Sequence record: MF327004
DNA length: 64,000 nucleotides
Direction: 5' to 3' (one strand)
Origin: Shigella phage Sf17
Below, one piece after another: positions 21,759 to 31,982 of this stretch; position 1 is the stretch's first letter, and every line of letters begins with the position of its first letter. The notes under the pieces were generated by a model. The model was not told the DNA's origin. It saw nothing but the letters and a program-made list of their open reading frames with translations, and did not search any database. The translations under genes were made by a program, and so were the position numbers.

Positions 21759-22859
21759 CTATTCATAATCTCGTATAACAAGCCCAACAGGGAACTGTAA
21801 AGACCCCTTACGAGTCATCTTCTGGAACTGAACCGTTAAAGGCTTCCCGATAAACTCTTCAGGATGTTCAGCAAGATACTTTTTCTTCTCGTGTGTAGTT
21901 TTCCATGAAACATCTACAAAGACGTTAGGAAGAGTCTCTACAACGAACTTACCATGACCACGTTTATCAGTCTTTACACCAGTTACTTTAAATTCCTGTG
22001 TGTGCATCTTCTTGTGCTTAATCAGGAAGTAAGAGCGATGACCACACTCATAGAACGAATCTGGTGAGATTGACCGATACATTGCCCCTTCAAACTTGAG
22101 TTTAACCCAGTTGTCATGAGCATTATCAAATTCTTCCCAAGAGTTAACACGGATTGTCTGAACAGGTACAACCCTGCAAGCATCACCGAGTTCAACGATT
22201 GGTGAATTATCAATAACTTCACGACGCTCAGGCCAAGATTTAGTCTTGTCACAGATATCATACCAGTAGAATTTAAGAAGGTGACGGTCTGGATTGTCAG
22301 CATTCTTAATCATAGATACAATATCTTCCAAGTCCCAACCATGAGCATAAATCTCCCCGTCGAAATCCTCAACATCTTTGTGCAGTTTCAGCATAAGAAG
22401 AACATCAGGAATCAACTCTACAGGAATGTTGTATACCGTGTTCTCACGAGAATATGCCGTAAAACTTTCTGAGTCAGCATCTCTTGAAATCCTGCAACGA
22501 ACACCATCAAGTTTAGGTTGAGCATCGGCAGGGAATACCAGATACTTCTTGTGACTTATCTTGGAAGCATCCTGAGCAAGCTGTACACCAACCTTCTCAA
22601 CATTCTCTGCTTCAGATTTTGTGTAAGCATATCCTTTACGGTCAACCTGCTTCTTGTACTTAGCAGCAACTTCAAAGAGAGCTTGCTGTTCAGCATTACG
22701 CTCATTCTTTTTACCGATGTTCTTAGGTTCTGCTGTGTACTCTTCAAACATCATCTTGCCATTTTCTTTACCATAAGTTGTGACGACTTTATCACCTACA
22801 GCAACACATGACCAGACGTTGAAAGAACCATCTTTATTTTGTTTGTACAGAATTGTCAT
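21759..22859 (-). CDS. ATP-dependent DNA ligase
   Basis: 366 aa; nucleotidyltransferase motif I PKLDGVRC (KxDG), motif III FDGEIYA, downstream LKFEGAMYR and KHKK; T7-type ligase size. Confidence 0.75.
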   Translation of the reverse strand: MTILYKQNKDGSFNVWSCVAVGDKVVTTYGKENGKMMFEEYTAEPKNIGKKNERNAEQQALFEVAAKYKKQVDRKGYAYTKSEAENVEKVGVQLAQDASKISHKKYLVFPADAQPKLDGVRCRISRDADSESFTAYSRENTVYNIPVELIPDVLLMLKLHKDVEDFDGEIYAHGWDLEDIVSMIKNADNPDRHLLKFYWYDICDKTKSWPERREVIDNSPIVELGDACRVVPVQTIRVNSWEEFDNAHDNWVKLKFEGAMYRSISPDSFYECGHRSYFLIKHKKMHTQEFKVTGVKTDKRGHGKFVVETLPNVFVDVSWKTTHEKKKYLAEHPEEFIGKPLTVQFQKMTRKGSLQFPVGLVIRDYE

Positions 22860-23113
22860 TTACGTTTCCCACCAATTTCTACATCAATAACTTGTGTGTC
22901 TCCACAAACATCAAACTTATGAATGATATTCTCTACAGTGTAAGTCCAACCATCAATCCTTACCCATTCACCTTCTCGTGGCACTATTGGGTTACGTTGT
23001 GCTACAGTTGTAGTTGAGTGAACAACGTCATACTTATAGATAAAATTTACCAGAACCTGCATATCAATATCCTCCATCAAAAACTGTGGTGTGTGACTGA
23101 CTATTCTTCCCAT
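22856..23113 (-). CDS. hypothetical protein
   Basis: 85-aa ORF, start overlaps ligase stop. Confidence 0.4.
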   Translation of the reverse strand: MGRIVSHTPQFLMEDIDMQVLVNFIYKYDVVHSTTTVAQRNPIVPREGEWVRIDGWTYTVENIIHKFDVCGDTQVIDVEIGGKRK

Positions 23114-23309
23114 ACTTGTAAGAAGTTGTAGTCTGAGAATTTGGGCAGCGAACTACAATAACATCCCTGCTAATGGCATCACCATTAAGCTTATAAATCT
23201 TGCAGTCTTGCATTTCTGGAGGAAGTCTGTAAGAGGCATCCTTATTCTCATAAGAAGGGTTGCACCCCACCAGTAAGACTACTAAAGCTGGTATCAATAA
23301 TTTTAACAT
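23064..23309 (-). CDS. putative lipoprotein
   Basis: 81 aa; MLKLLIPALVVLLVGC with lipobox LVGC then Cys-containing mature part. Confidence 0.5.
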   Translation of the reverse strand: MLKLLIPALVVLLVGCNPSYENKDASYRLPPEMQDCKIYKLNGDAISRDVIVVRCPNSQTTTSYKYGKNSQSHTTVFDGGY

Positions 23310-23319
23310 TTTAAACCTC

Positions 23320-23571
23320 TCAATAAAATAAGTCTGAAGCTTTTGAATTTACAGGATTCAAAGAACCTTCGTAATGTTCTTCATAACCCTCTTGGCAGAT
23401 ATTATACAGTTCTTTGAATCGGGTTTCATCAACTGGTTTAACATCTTTCTTAGCGCATAAGAAGAGATACCAATCATACCCCAAATCCCTGCACCAAGCC
23501 TCTGAGACAAAAGCTATTGATTTGTCTTCGCTCTTGAAGATTGCTAAAGCTTCTTGCTCTTTATTGCTCAC
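23320..23571 (-). CDS. hypothetical protein
   Basis: 83-aa ORF, co-oriented. Confidence 0.4.
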   Translation of the reverse strand: MSNKEQEALAIFKSEDKSIAFVSEAWCRDLGYDWYLFLCAKKDVKPVDETRFKELYNICQEGYEEHYEGSLNPVNSKASDLFY

Positions 23572-23782
23572 GATACTCTACCTCTCTAAAAGTTTTATGG
23601 TAATAGATTTTGTAGTAAGCTATCTCGTTACTTTTAACATTTGTTTTAAGAAGAGTCCAGTCATAACCTTCACCAACTCTTCCCCAAATGCTATAAAGTT
23701 TCATTAAAGATACTCCATCCAGTTTTCTGCCAAGGTTCCCCCTTGTACCATGCAGCCATTGGGTAACCCATTTCACATACAA
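23561..23782 (-). CDS. hypothetical protein
   Basis: 73-aa ORF; overlaps ORF 23691-23897 by 92 nt, internal ATG at 23704 would reduce overlap to 14 nt. Confidence 0.35.
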   Translation of the reverse strand: MYVKWVTQWLHGTRGNLGRKLDGVSLMKLYSIWGRVGEGYDWTLLKTNVKSNEIAYYKIYYHKTFREVEYREQ

Positions 23783-23897
23783 CCTTTCCGTCTTTTATTT
23801 CAAAGAACTCATCAGATGTGAAATTTTCATTTCGAACTTTCTTGCCCTGTTTCATAGCTTCGAGAGCTTCTTCGTATGTCATTTTTGGTGTCTCCAA
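23691..23897 (-). CDS. hypothetical protein
   Basis: 68-aa ORF, co-oriented. Confidence 0.4.
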   Translation of the reverse strand: METPKMTYEEALEAMKQGKKVRNENFTSDEFFEIKDGKVVCEMGYPMAAWYKGEPWQKTGWSIFNETL

Positions 23898-24088
23898 AAT
23901 TCAATGTCAATAAGTTCCTGTGCAATACTCTTCAGATTCCCTTTCAAGAAAACCTTTTCAGAGTTAGGTAGGCTTGCATTATCAATGAGTCTATTCATTC
24001 TGTCAAAAAGAGTTTTCTTCCGATTCTTGATAGTCTCTTTTGAAGCACCTTGCATCATGGCAAGATGAGTTCTTCCACGGTGGCTCAT
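23879..24088 (-). CDS. hypothetical protein
   Basis: 69-aa ORF, co-oriented. Confidence 0.4.
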   Translation of the reverse strand: MSHRGRTHLAMMQGASKETIKNRKKTLFDRMNRLIDNASLPNSEKVFLKGNLKSIAQELIDIEFWRHQK

Positions 24089-24285
24089 AGACGTTCACCT
24101 TTAAGGTAACCTGTCTTATCCTTGATAATCTTACCTCCAGCAATAAAAATATCAACCTTGCGAAGATTTTCATTAGAAAGCTTGAGGTGCTTATGGCTAC
24201 TGCAAATGATGATGCACATAGTCTCAATCTCACTTTGAGAATATCCAGCACATTGCAGTTGAACTTCAATTTCTGAAATAGTCAT
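24085..24285 (-). CDS. hypothetical protein
   Basis: 66-aa ORF directly downstream of DNA polymerase on - strand. Confidence 0.4.
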   Translation of the reverse strand: MTISEIEVQLQCAGYSQSEIETMCIIICSSHKHLKLSNENLRKVDIFIAGGKIIKDKTGYLKGERL

Positions 24286-24346
24286 ACAAGTCTCCTATAC
24301 AATATATAGTATAAGGTACTCTTCCATGAGCACCTTGTCAACACTA

Positions 24347-27046
24347 TTAGTGGACTTCAAGCCACGATTTACCAACTTTCCCTGCACCTGTGACCAATGT
24401 CTCTTTTCTTAGCCCAAGGTTCTTAGATGCTTGACCATAATACCAGTCAGTTACTGCTTTCACATCTGCTGTCATGCTCTCTGGACATTCCCAGCTTGTT
24501 TCATCGTGGTAAGCACAGAGTAAGCGAGCACCAATAGCTGGTTTACGACCATTCAACTTCATCAAACCTTCGTCAATCATACGACGACATGCAAGGTTGA
24601 TTGCTTCATTCTGAACTTGTGCTTCTGAACCCATCAGCAAATAGTTCAAGAGTTTGTGTGGAGACTTACACCACAGCCAAGCCCCAGCAACCTTCACAAA
24701 ACCACCTTTAGAGATTGCAGCAGTTTTACCAAACACCTCTTCAAGTGCTTTCTTAGTTGCTTTGAAATCAGCTTCCAAGTTGTCTAACAGTTTCTTAATC
24801 TTCGGCAAACGCACAAAGTAAGTCTGCTTAGTCAATGCACCTTCCTGAGTAGTTGCTGCTTTAATTGTCTTGGCAAACTTCTCATCACCTGCACCGAACA
24901 ACAAAGCATAGATACCATTCTTAGCTTTCTTACGTCCCTTGCTAATCTCATGAAGAAGATTCTCATCCTGAGTAGCACGACAAGTCAAGATATCTTGCTC
25001 ATCATTAAGGCTGAAGTAGATACTGTTCAGAGTGTGAGCATCAGTCCCTGAGTAAACTACGTACAAATCGTTTTCAGAGTCGTAACGCAGATACTTGTCA
25101 ATCTCTGGATTCAGATACTGGTCAAAGTGTTTACAGTAGTATCTTCCATCCTCTTGACGGACAAACTCAATCTCTTCTTTACCCTCTGTTACCGCTTTGG
25201 TGAAGTCTTTATCACCCATGAAGTTACAGAGTAGTACAAGCTGTGCAGAGTTCATATCAACAGATACTACGTTGGTTCCCTCTTCACAAATCCACACTGC
25301 CCTCATTGGCTCACCGTACACGGCAGCACCAGAAGGTACGTTTACAATACCATACTGAGTCATACGTCCAGTAGAAGTACCAAACACCATTGCACCTGCA
25401 CTCAAACGACCATCTGGACGAATCTGGTTCAGCCAACCTTTCTCATCATCCTTTGAGTTCTCAATAGTCCTGCGTCGGTGCATCAAAGTATAGTACTTCG
25501 CAATCTTCTGTCCAAGCTCACCTTCGATTGTATCATAAGAAGACTCTGTAAGCTTTGGTGAAGTCCTAATCAAGCAAGGCTCAAGCACATCTGTGTACTT
25601 CTTAACAGACCAGTTATGCTCAATGTAATAGACACCTTCATGCTCAATGTAATTCAATCCACAACGTTCAACCATCTCATCCCACTTAGGATGTTTGCGA
25701 ATCATCTTTTTGTTGTCTTTGAATCTGCAAACCTTGATAGGACGACCATCAGAATCTTTTTTATAGTTCCAATCATCAGGAATCCAACCAACGGATTTTA
25801 AGTAATCCTTCACCACAGCTACCTGAGTCATTCGTGAAACTTCAAACTCAATTGGTGTGAATGGTGCATCAATCAAACCAGTGTAGCGACTAGACTCTAA
25901 CTCAAAGTGGTTAACAACGTGAACATTGTAGTACTTCACAGTTTTCACAGTCTTAACTGGCTTCCAATCTTTACACTTCTTGCCAATCTTCTCATTCAGT
26001 TCATTACAAACTGCACGAGCATCTTTCATTGCTACAAAACCTTCAGGGTACTCTTCTTTTGTGACCGTGTTAGTTGGAGTGTAGCAGTTGCGTTTCTCAA
26101 CATTAAAAATCTTTGTAGTTGGCTTACCATACGGCTTGATAGGGTACTGCTTCAACTCGCCTTCACGCATCTGTTCACGATACTTTGTCTTAGGGTACTT
26201 GGTAATCCTTTTTAAACCGTCAACGTGACCAAATGTATCTACATACTCATTCCAAGACTTGGCAAATTCTTCACCTGTGACTTTACCTTTTGTCTTAATA
26301 GTTGGTGGAAGGTGTGGTTCAACCTCAGCAGCCAACTCATTAGTTAACTTGTCAAGCTCTTTAACGTGGAACTGCATAAGCTCTACATCAGCTTTCCAAC
26401 CGTTGATAGCTTGCTGACTCATCCAGAAAGATGTTTCTTTAGCTCGCATGTAGGTTTCATAAGTGTCAACACCACACTTCTTAAGCTTGAGGTACTCATT
26501 ATCAAGAGCACGTTTAGTTTTGGCGTTAATCTTAATATCTTCTACAACACGAGTAAGAATCTCTGCATTCCAGACACCCCACTCTTCAATCTCTGGTTTA
26601 CGGACACCTACACGAGCACCCCATGCAGCCAAACCATGAGCACCTTTGTAACCTTTTGGTGTAGGTCTATCCATCCACTGTACGCGAGATTGGATAAGTG
26701 AATCCTGAAAGAAGTCACCCCAAGGCTTACACTTAGGATTCTCAAAGTTCCACAGGTCAGGTGCAATGTGATTAAACACCCACCAGTCATAACCAAGACC
26801 ATTATGGATACAAAGACGTTTAGCTTTCAGTGCAAACTCAACCCCTTCACGCAGACCACCTTTGATGTACTTCGTGTACTTGTGACCAAGGATAGGCTCA
26901 TCAGTGAACACCCACACAGCAGGTTCGTCACTGTCATCTTTATAGTCTGCGAAAGCCATTACGTGTGCTTTTGTAAACTCAAGGAGCAACCCATCAGTTT
27001 CTGTATCACCAACCAAATGTAATTTTTCGAAATCTACATTGTCCAT
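24347..27046 (-). CDS. DNA polymerase, family A (T7 gp5-like)
   Basis: 899 aa; Exo I motif GDTETDG near N-terminus; polymerase segments GRMTQYGIVNVP, DMNSAQL, ALLFGAGDEKFA, AYHDE parallel T7 DNA polymerase. Confidence 0.85.
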   Translation of the reverse strand: MDNVDFEKLHLVGDTETDGLLLEFTKAHVMAFADYKDDSDEPAVWVFTDEPILGHKYTKYIKGGLREGVEFALKAKRLCIHNGLGYDWWVFNHIAPDLWNFENPKCKPWGDFFQDSLIQSRVQWMDRPTPKGYKGAHGLAAWGARVGVRKPEIEEWGVWNAEILTRVVEDIKINAKTKRALDNEYLKLKKCGVDTYETYMRAKETSFWMSQQAINGWKADVELMQFHVKELDKLTNELAAEVEPHLPPTIKTKGKVTGEEFAKSWNEYVDTFGHVDGLKRITKYPKTKYREQMREGELKQYPIKPYGKPTTKIFNVEKRNCYTPTNTVTKEEYPEGFVAMKDARAVCNELNEKIGKKCKDWKPVKTVKTVKYYNVHVVNHFELESSRYTGLIDAPFTPIEFEVSRMTQVAVVKDYLKSVGWIPDDWNYKKDSDGRPIKVCRFKDNKKMIRKHPKWDEMVERCGLNYIEHEGVYYIEHNWSVKKYTDVLEPCLIRTSPKLTESSYDTIEGELGQKIAKYYTLMHRRRTIENSKDDEKGWLNQIRPDGRLSAGAMVFGTSTGRMTQYGIVNVPSGAAVYGEPMRAVWICEEGTNVVSVDMNSAQLVLLCNFMGDKDFTKAVTEGKEEIEFVRQEDGRYYCKHFDQYLNPEIDKYLRYDSENDLYVVYSGTDAHTLNSIYFSLNDEQDILTCRATQDENLLHEISKGRKKAKNGIYALLFGAGDEKFAKTIKAATTQEGALTKQTYFVRLPKIKKLLDNLEADFKATKKALEEVFGKTAAISKGGFVKVAGAWLWCKSPHKLLNYLLMGSEAQVQNEAINLACRRMIDEGLMKLNGRKPAIGARLLCAYHDETSWECPESMTADVKAVTDWYYGQASKNLGLRKETLVTGAGKVGKSWLEVH

Positions 27047-27305
27047 TTTTACTCCCTCTCAAATCATTCTGGGTAATACCCTACAGCAATTTTCTGCAAA
27101 AAGCAAGTTGACAAACTGCTTGACAAGGTGTTAGTCTTTTCGAAGTGGGTTTTATCTTAATAGACTCCCTTTATAGATTAACTATACAGTTTCTTTAAAA
27201 GTCTTAAAAGATTTTTAATAGCTTTTAAAAAGCTTTAAAGTTATATGTATAACATACATAAAGATAAGAGATTAAAATCTTTATAGATACTTAACAGAGG
27301 CAATC

Positions 27306-27746
27306 ATGCAGAGGATGTACGTTCACCCAGATATCAATAACCTTGTCCAAGCTTTAGAAAGAGTTGAAGCACTTTACATCGAGGCTCAGAAGGAGTATGC
27401 TTATCAACATCGTCGAATGGTTGATGTTCAGCATGAGATAGAACTATCAAGTGGATACGACGAAGGTTTAAAGTGCTCGGTATTTGAGCACATGAAAGAG
27501 ATATCTTCAGAAAGACGTAAAGCGAAAGACACAATCTTTTTGATAGATACCTTAAAAAATAAGTTGCAAAATGGAACGGACTTAGATAGTCTATCCCAAC
27601 TGCTTCAGGATGCAGAGAATACATGGGACAGAAATTACTTCCCACGGTCTGAAAAAGGACTTGACTTCTCTTCACAAGAAAGCTTAAGATTGTCACGACT
27701 TACTATTAACAAAATGAGAGAGATTAAAGATGAAAACTGTAAATGA
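27306..27746 (+). CDS. hypothetical protein
   Basis: 146-aa ORF, first gene of + strand block after AT-rich strand-switch region. Confidence 0.45.
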   Translation: MQRMYVHPDINNLVQALERVEALYIEAQKEYAYQHRRMVDVQHEIELSSGYDEGLKCSVFEHMKEISSERRKAKDTIFLIDTLKNKLQNGTDLDSLSQLLQDAENTWDRNYFPRSEKGLDFSSQESLRLSRLTINKMREIKDENCK

Positions 27747-28524
27747 GATTCTTGAAGAAAAAGGTATTGACGAAGCATTCATGCTGAACACTGTTGAGAC
27801 TCTTGCTATCATTATGCGTAGCAACTCACTGTCAGGAAAATTTATCCCTGAATCTCTGCGTGTTGTAGAAAACGCTGTAGAGAATGACGAAGATTTCCGT
27901 AAAGAGGTTGAATACCTGCTGGCTAATAAGACTGATGCTCTGAAAACCATCCTCATTGGTGTTGATGCCTTTGCAACATACATCTTTGATGAAATGTATT
28001 CAGGTGGATACATCCAGATTACTGAGAAGGGTATTAAAGAGCTTGATAACATGAGTGATGAAGACCTTCTGAAAGCTATTTGTACGCCAGTTGCTGCTGT
28101 AATGGCATCGCTAGAGAAGCGTATGAATGATAAGTCACCACGTTATGCAAAACTGGATTGGGGCTTTGATGAAGTATCTGACAAGGCAATTCAGTATGCT
28201 GATGAGACAATGAATAAGCTGTCAGAGATTACTAATGGTCTCTCTTTAGACCCTATTCAGGTTAAGGTAACTTCACTGTTAAATGCTATCTTTAGCATCA
28301 TGGGTATCCATGCTTTACTTGAAGTGTCAAAAATGTTAGAGTCTGACCCAAGCTTTGTAGAGAGCATTTCACAAGGTGCTCATACAGCAGCACTCGGGGA
28401 TGTATTTAGCCAAACTGGTGCAGCAGTTCTTAGCACCAAGATTGCAATCAACTTCGGTGAAGAGTTTGTTCAGCAGTTAGAAGCAATGTCTGAGCGTGAA
28501 CTCACTGGTTCTAAACTACAATAA
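27730..28524 (+). CDS. hypothetical protein
   Basis: 264-aa ORF, overlaps previous stop; no recognisable motif. Confidence 0.45.
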   Translation: MKTVNEILEEKGIDEAFMLNTVETLAIIMRSNSLSGKFIPESLRVVENAVENDEDFRKEVEYLLANKTDALKTILIGVDAFATYIFDEMYSGGYIQITEKGIKELDNMSDEDLLKAICTPVAAVMASLEKRMNDKSPRYAKLDWGFDEVSDKAIQYADETMNKLSEITNGLSLDPIQVKVTSLLNAIFSIMGIHALLEVSKMLESDPSFVESISQGAHTAALGDVFSQTGAAVLSTKIAINFGEEFVQQLEAMSERELTGSKLQ

Positions 28525-28540
28525 TTGTGGCATACCCTTA

Positions 28541-28565
28541 AGCCTCCTTAATTGGGGGCTTTTTA
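28541..28565 (+). terminator. rho-independent terminator
   Basis: AGCCTCC - ttaatt - GGGGGCT (one G-U pair) followed by TTTTTATT. Confidence 0.4.
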
Positions 28566-28581
28566 TTATGGAGTGAACGAT

Positions 28582-29322
28582 ATGAAAAGTGTTATTGCAT
28601 TTACTGGAAAAGCTCGTTCTGGAAAGGATACATCTTGCAGCATTGTAAAAAATCTATTGAATGAGGCTGGATACACTGTTAAAGTGTTTGCGTTTGCCGA
28701 TAACTTAAAAGCAACTGCTGGATTTATCTTTGACTTGAACTGGCAAGACCTGTATGGTGATACGAAAGAAACACCTAAAAAGTTTAGCTTAGATTTTGAC
28801 AATCTTAACTCCCGTGTGGCATGGGCTTTCCAGCTAAACATGAAAAGTAAGGGCATCCATGAAGATGCAAAACTTTGTGGGGAAATCACAGACAGGCTTA
28901 TCAAAGAGTTAAAGAAAGTTGGTAAACCTACATTGCTTACAAAGCTTGGTTTGAAAAATGAATATATGATTTCCTCAAGACAAATACAGCAAGTCTGGGG
29001 TAGTGAGGTTATCCGTAAAATTCTTGGAGAGCGTTTCTGGATTACAGACTTGGCAGAACGTATTGAAAAATTCTATGGTGATTGTGTTAAGAAAAGTCAC
29101 ATAGGTATTGCACTGATATGTGATTTAAGGTTTGATATTGAAGCTGAGTTCCTTCAAAGCTATGATAGCCAGATAATTGAGATTACAAGAAAAGATGCTA
29201 TTCAGGTGGCTTCCCATAGCTCTGAACGTGGTATTTCCACTAACTTCTCTCGTGATATTATCCAGAATAATGGAACGATGGAAGAATTAGAGAGTAAACT
29301 TAAAACCATTATCAATCTATAA
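28582..29322 (+). CDS. deoxynucleoside monophosphate kinase (T4 gp1-like)
   Basis: P-loop GKARSGKDT; C-terminus IIQNNGTMEELESKLKTIINL parallels T4 dNMP kinase C-terminus; ATG 28582 after terminator (track start 28552 is TTG inside hairpin). Confidence 0.6.
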   Translation: MKSVIAFTGKARSGKDTSCSIVKNLLNEAGYTVKVFAFADNLKATAGFIFDLNWQDLYGDTKETPKKFSLDFDNLNSRVAWAFQLNMKSKGIHEDAKLCGEITDRLIKELKKVGKPTLLTKLGLKNEYMISSRQIQQVWGSEVIRKILGERFWITDLAERIEKFYGDCVKKSHIGIALICDLRFDIEAEFLQSYDSQIIEITRKDAIQVASHSSERGISTNFSRDIIQNNGTMEELESKLKTIINL

Positions 29323-29334
29323 AAGGTGTTGAAG

Positions 29335-29526
29335 ATGAGAGAGAATAACTTTAAAGTAATTGACCACCGTACAGTGGAACTCTCATCTCTTTCCAAAGAA
29401 GTTATGATGGAGCGACTTGAAAGGGTCGCTTCAAGAAGGAAAGAGATTGCAGAAGAAATCCATGAGCTTGATAAGATTGAAAACGGTCTTAAGGCAGAAC
29501 TACAACGAAGAGGTGTGAATGGCTAA
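29335..29526 (+). CDS. hypothetical coiled-coil protein
   Basis: ATG at 29335 with AAGGTG SD (track start 29326 is GTG); about 63 aa. Confidence 0.4.
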   Translation: MRENNFKVIDHRTVELSSLSKEVMMERLERVASRRKEIAEEIHELDKIENGLKAELQRRGVNG

Positions 29527-31510
29527 ACAGAGAAAACTGAAAGATGCTGGAACATTTGTAGGTCACTGTGCATGTCCACGCCATCAATGTTTATCTTCAG
29601 ATGCAGGTTCTATATATCGTCATGATGACGGTTCATATTCAATGACATGTTTCAGTTGTGGAAAAGGTTTTCCAGAGTGGGATTTTGATAAAGGGCAGAT
29701 TGTGAGTACTCATACTTCAGGTTCAGAGAATAAAAACCGTACATTTCGTGGTATGGATTTAGATGATGTGAAAGAAAACCTAGAAGCAATGGATTTAAAA
29801 GACAGGAAGATTCCTGCAAAAGTCCTTGAGCGTCTTGGTATTAAAGTTGATATTGATGATAACGGTGATATTGATGCACATTTCTATCCAACATACAAAA
29901 AGGATGAAGATGGGAAGTTGCAACATGTAGGTTATCGTGTTCGTCACAAATATCCAGATGACTATCATAAAGAGCACTTACGTGGGAAGTTGAAAGATTT
30001 TTCTGGTGGTGTCGGAGATATTAAAGGTGAACTGGCTATGTTCGGTTCATGGATTGCTCCAGAAGGTGGTAACCGTCTTTTCATCTGGGAAGGTGAGATG
30101 GAATGTGCTACAGCAATCTACATGACTTCTTTAGCAATTAAAGATAAGTCTAGACGTAAGAATTACTGCCACGTTTCTGTACCATCTGGTGCTAATGTTA
30201 AGTCTATCAAAGAGAACTATCAGTATATTACTTCCTTTGATGAAATCTACCTGTGCTTTGATAATGATGAAGCAGGGGCTAAAGCAACTAAGGAAGCTGC
30301 TGGTATCTTACCTATTGAGAAAGTAAGACTGTTCCAGTATCCTGAAGGTATTAAAGACCTTAGTGAGTGGTGGACTAAGTTCTTCAAAGACAAAGATACA
30401 GTCTTAGAAGGATTTAAACAACGAATCTACAATGCACCTCGTTACTGTCCTGCTGGTATCAAGAACTTTGCAGACGGTTTCGATGCTATGAAGAATCGTG
30501 GTCAGATTCCTTTAATTCCTTTCCCAGATTCTTTCGGGGATTTGAATAAGCTGACTTATGGCGGGTATGGTTTAGGTGAAATTACAACCCTTGCTGCACC
30601 TTCATCTGTAGGTAAATCTGCATATACTCGTGAGATGATTTACAAAGCATGGAAAGATACCGAGTACAACATTGGTGTGATTCCTGTAGAAGATACTTAC
30701 GAAGAACTCATGGAAATGCTCTGTGCAATCCATCTTAGTAAGCAGATTTCAGAGATTCCTTACGATGAGCGTAATTGGGATGAGATTAAGGTTGCACATG
30801 CTGAGTTATCAAAAGGTCGTCGTATTCACATCGTAGACCACCAAGGGGCAATTGACCAAGATAACCTGCTGGAGTTTGTTGACTATCTGGTTAACAGTCT
30901 CGATTGTAAGATTATCATCCTTGACCCTATTACATTGGCACTGTCACGCTCTGATACAGATGAAGAAGAAGTTCTGTCTGAGTTACTTCGTCGCTGTAAG
31001 CGTTATCAGTATGCTCAGGTAAACGTATGTCACGTTCGTAAGAGTGCAGGTGGTCAAAAGGCCAACTCTGAAGGTGGTGATATTTCTGAAGAAGATATCA
31101 AGGGTTCTGGTGCATACTTCCAGATTTCCATGAACAACATTTTGCTTATGCGTAACAAGGTTGACCCAGACCCTGTTAAAAAGAACTTGACAAAAATCAA
31201 GCTAACGAAGTGTCGTCGTCATGGTAAATCAACTGGTATTGCTGGTCACACTTGGTACAATCCAGATACAGGCCGTCTTGTAAAGGCTGCTGGATGCGGT
31301 GTTGATATTGATGGTGCAGCAGAGAATATTCGTCAGCAGTTTGGTATTGGTGAGGCTGAAGACCATTACGATGACTCTATGCCACACTATGAAGATGTTG
31401 ATTTTGACCGTGAATCTGGAGAGATTTACACACAAGAGCAACGTGAAAGCTCCACCATTCCACCTGTGATTAACGAGGATAATGATGACTGTCCGTTCGA
31501 AACTGATTGA
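29519..31510 (+). CDS. DNA primase-helicase (T7 gp4-like)
   Basis: 663 aa; N-terminal Cys cluster (CACPRHQC ... CFSCGK), TOPRIM-like acidic motifs (EGEMECATA, CFDNDEAG), helicase P-loop AAPSSVGKS. Confidence 0.8.
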   Translation: MAKQRKLKDAGTFVGHCACPRHQCLSSDAGSIYRHDDGSYSMTCFSCGKGFPEWDFDKGQIVSTHTSGSENKNRTFRGMDLDDVKENLEAMDLKDRKIPAKVLERLGIKVDIDDNGDIDAHFYPTYKKDEDGKLQHVGYRVRHKYPDDYHKEHLRGKLKDFSGGVGDIKGELAMFGSWIAPEGGNRLFIWEGEMECATAIYMTSLAIKDKSRRKNYCHVSVPSGANVKSIKENYQYITSFDEIYLCFDNDEAGAKATKEAAGILPIEKVRLFQYPEGIKDLSEWWTKFFKDKDTVLEGFKQRIYNAPRYCPAGIKNFADGFDAMKNRGQIPLIPFPDSFGDLNKLTYGGYGLGEITTLAAPSSVGKSAYTREMIYKAWKDTEYNIGVIPVEDTYEELMEMLCAIHLSKQISEIPYDERNWDEIKVAHAELSKGRRIHIVDHQGAIDQDNLLEFVDYLVNSLDCKIIILDPITLALSRSDTDEEEVLSELLRRCKRYQYAQVNVCHVRKSAGGQKANSEGGDISEEDIKGSGAYFQISMNNILLMRNKVDPDPVKKNLTKIKLTKCRRHGKSTGIAGHTWYNPDTGRLVKAAGCGVDIDGAAENIRQQFGIGEAEDHYDDSMPHYEDVDFDRESGEIYTQEQRESSTIPPVINEDNDDCPFETD

Positions 31511-31763
31511 TAGTTATCTGAAGGAGGGTTTTGAACCCTTCTATTCAGAAGAAAGCAGAGAAAAATTTGTAAAAGAGTGCTTGACTAAGATAGAGCAGTT
31601 CGGTAAAGTACTCATCAACAAGGGACATGAAGTAAAGTTTGAACACTTATCAAAAGATAATGTTGAGCAGTTTGCATTAGCGATTGATGGTTTATCTACA
31701 GTTTACATCTTTACCTTGACTAATAAACATTTTGAATATGAAATATATCGGAGAGATTCATGA
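31482..31763 (+). CDS. hypothetical protein
   Basis: 93-aa ORF overlapping the 3' end of the primase-helicase gene. Confidence 0.4.
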   Translation: MMTVRSKLIDSYLKEGFEPFYSEESREKFVKECLTKIEQFGKVLINKGHEVKFEHLSKDNVEQFALAIDGLSTVYIFTLTNKHFEYEIYRRDS

Positions 31764-31982
31764 AACATTCTAAAGCATTCGAGAAAGTATTTGGCGATTC
31801 CATGAAAGCAACTGCTGGTAAATCTGCTGAACACTATGTACAGAAGCGAGTTCGTACAGGTAAGACGGCTCGTAAAGCAGCTAAGAAATCTGCTTAAAGT
31901 GTTTGACAAGGGAGTACGAAGTCTGTAAGATTGTACTCCTTGATAGTTGAGTTGAAAGTTAATTTGAGAAAGAGGTATTAAA

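Noticed and set aside
28552-28581. ORF-track start of the dNMP kinase
   Set aside because: TTG start located inside the terminator hairpin; ATG at 28582 is preferred.
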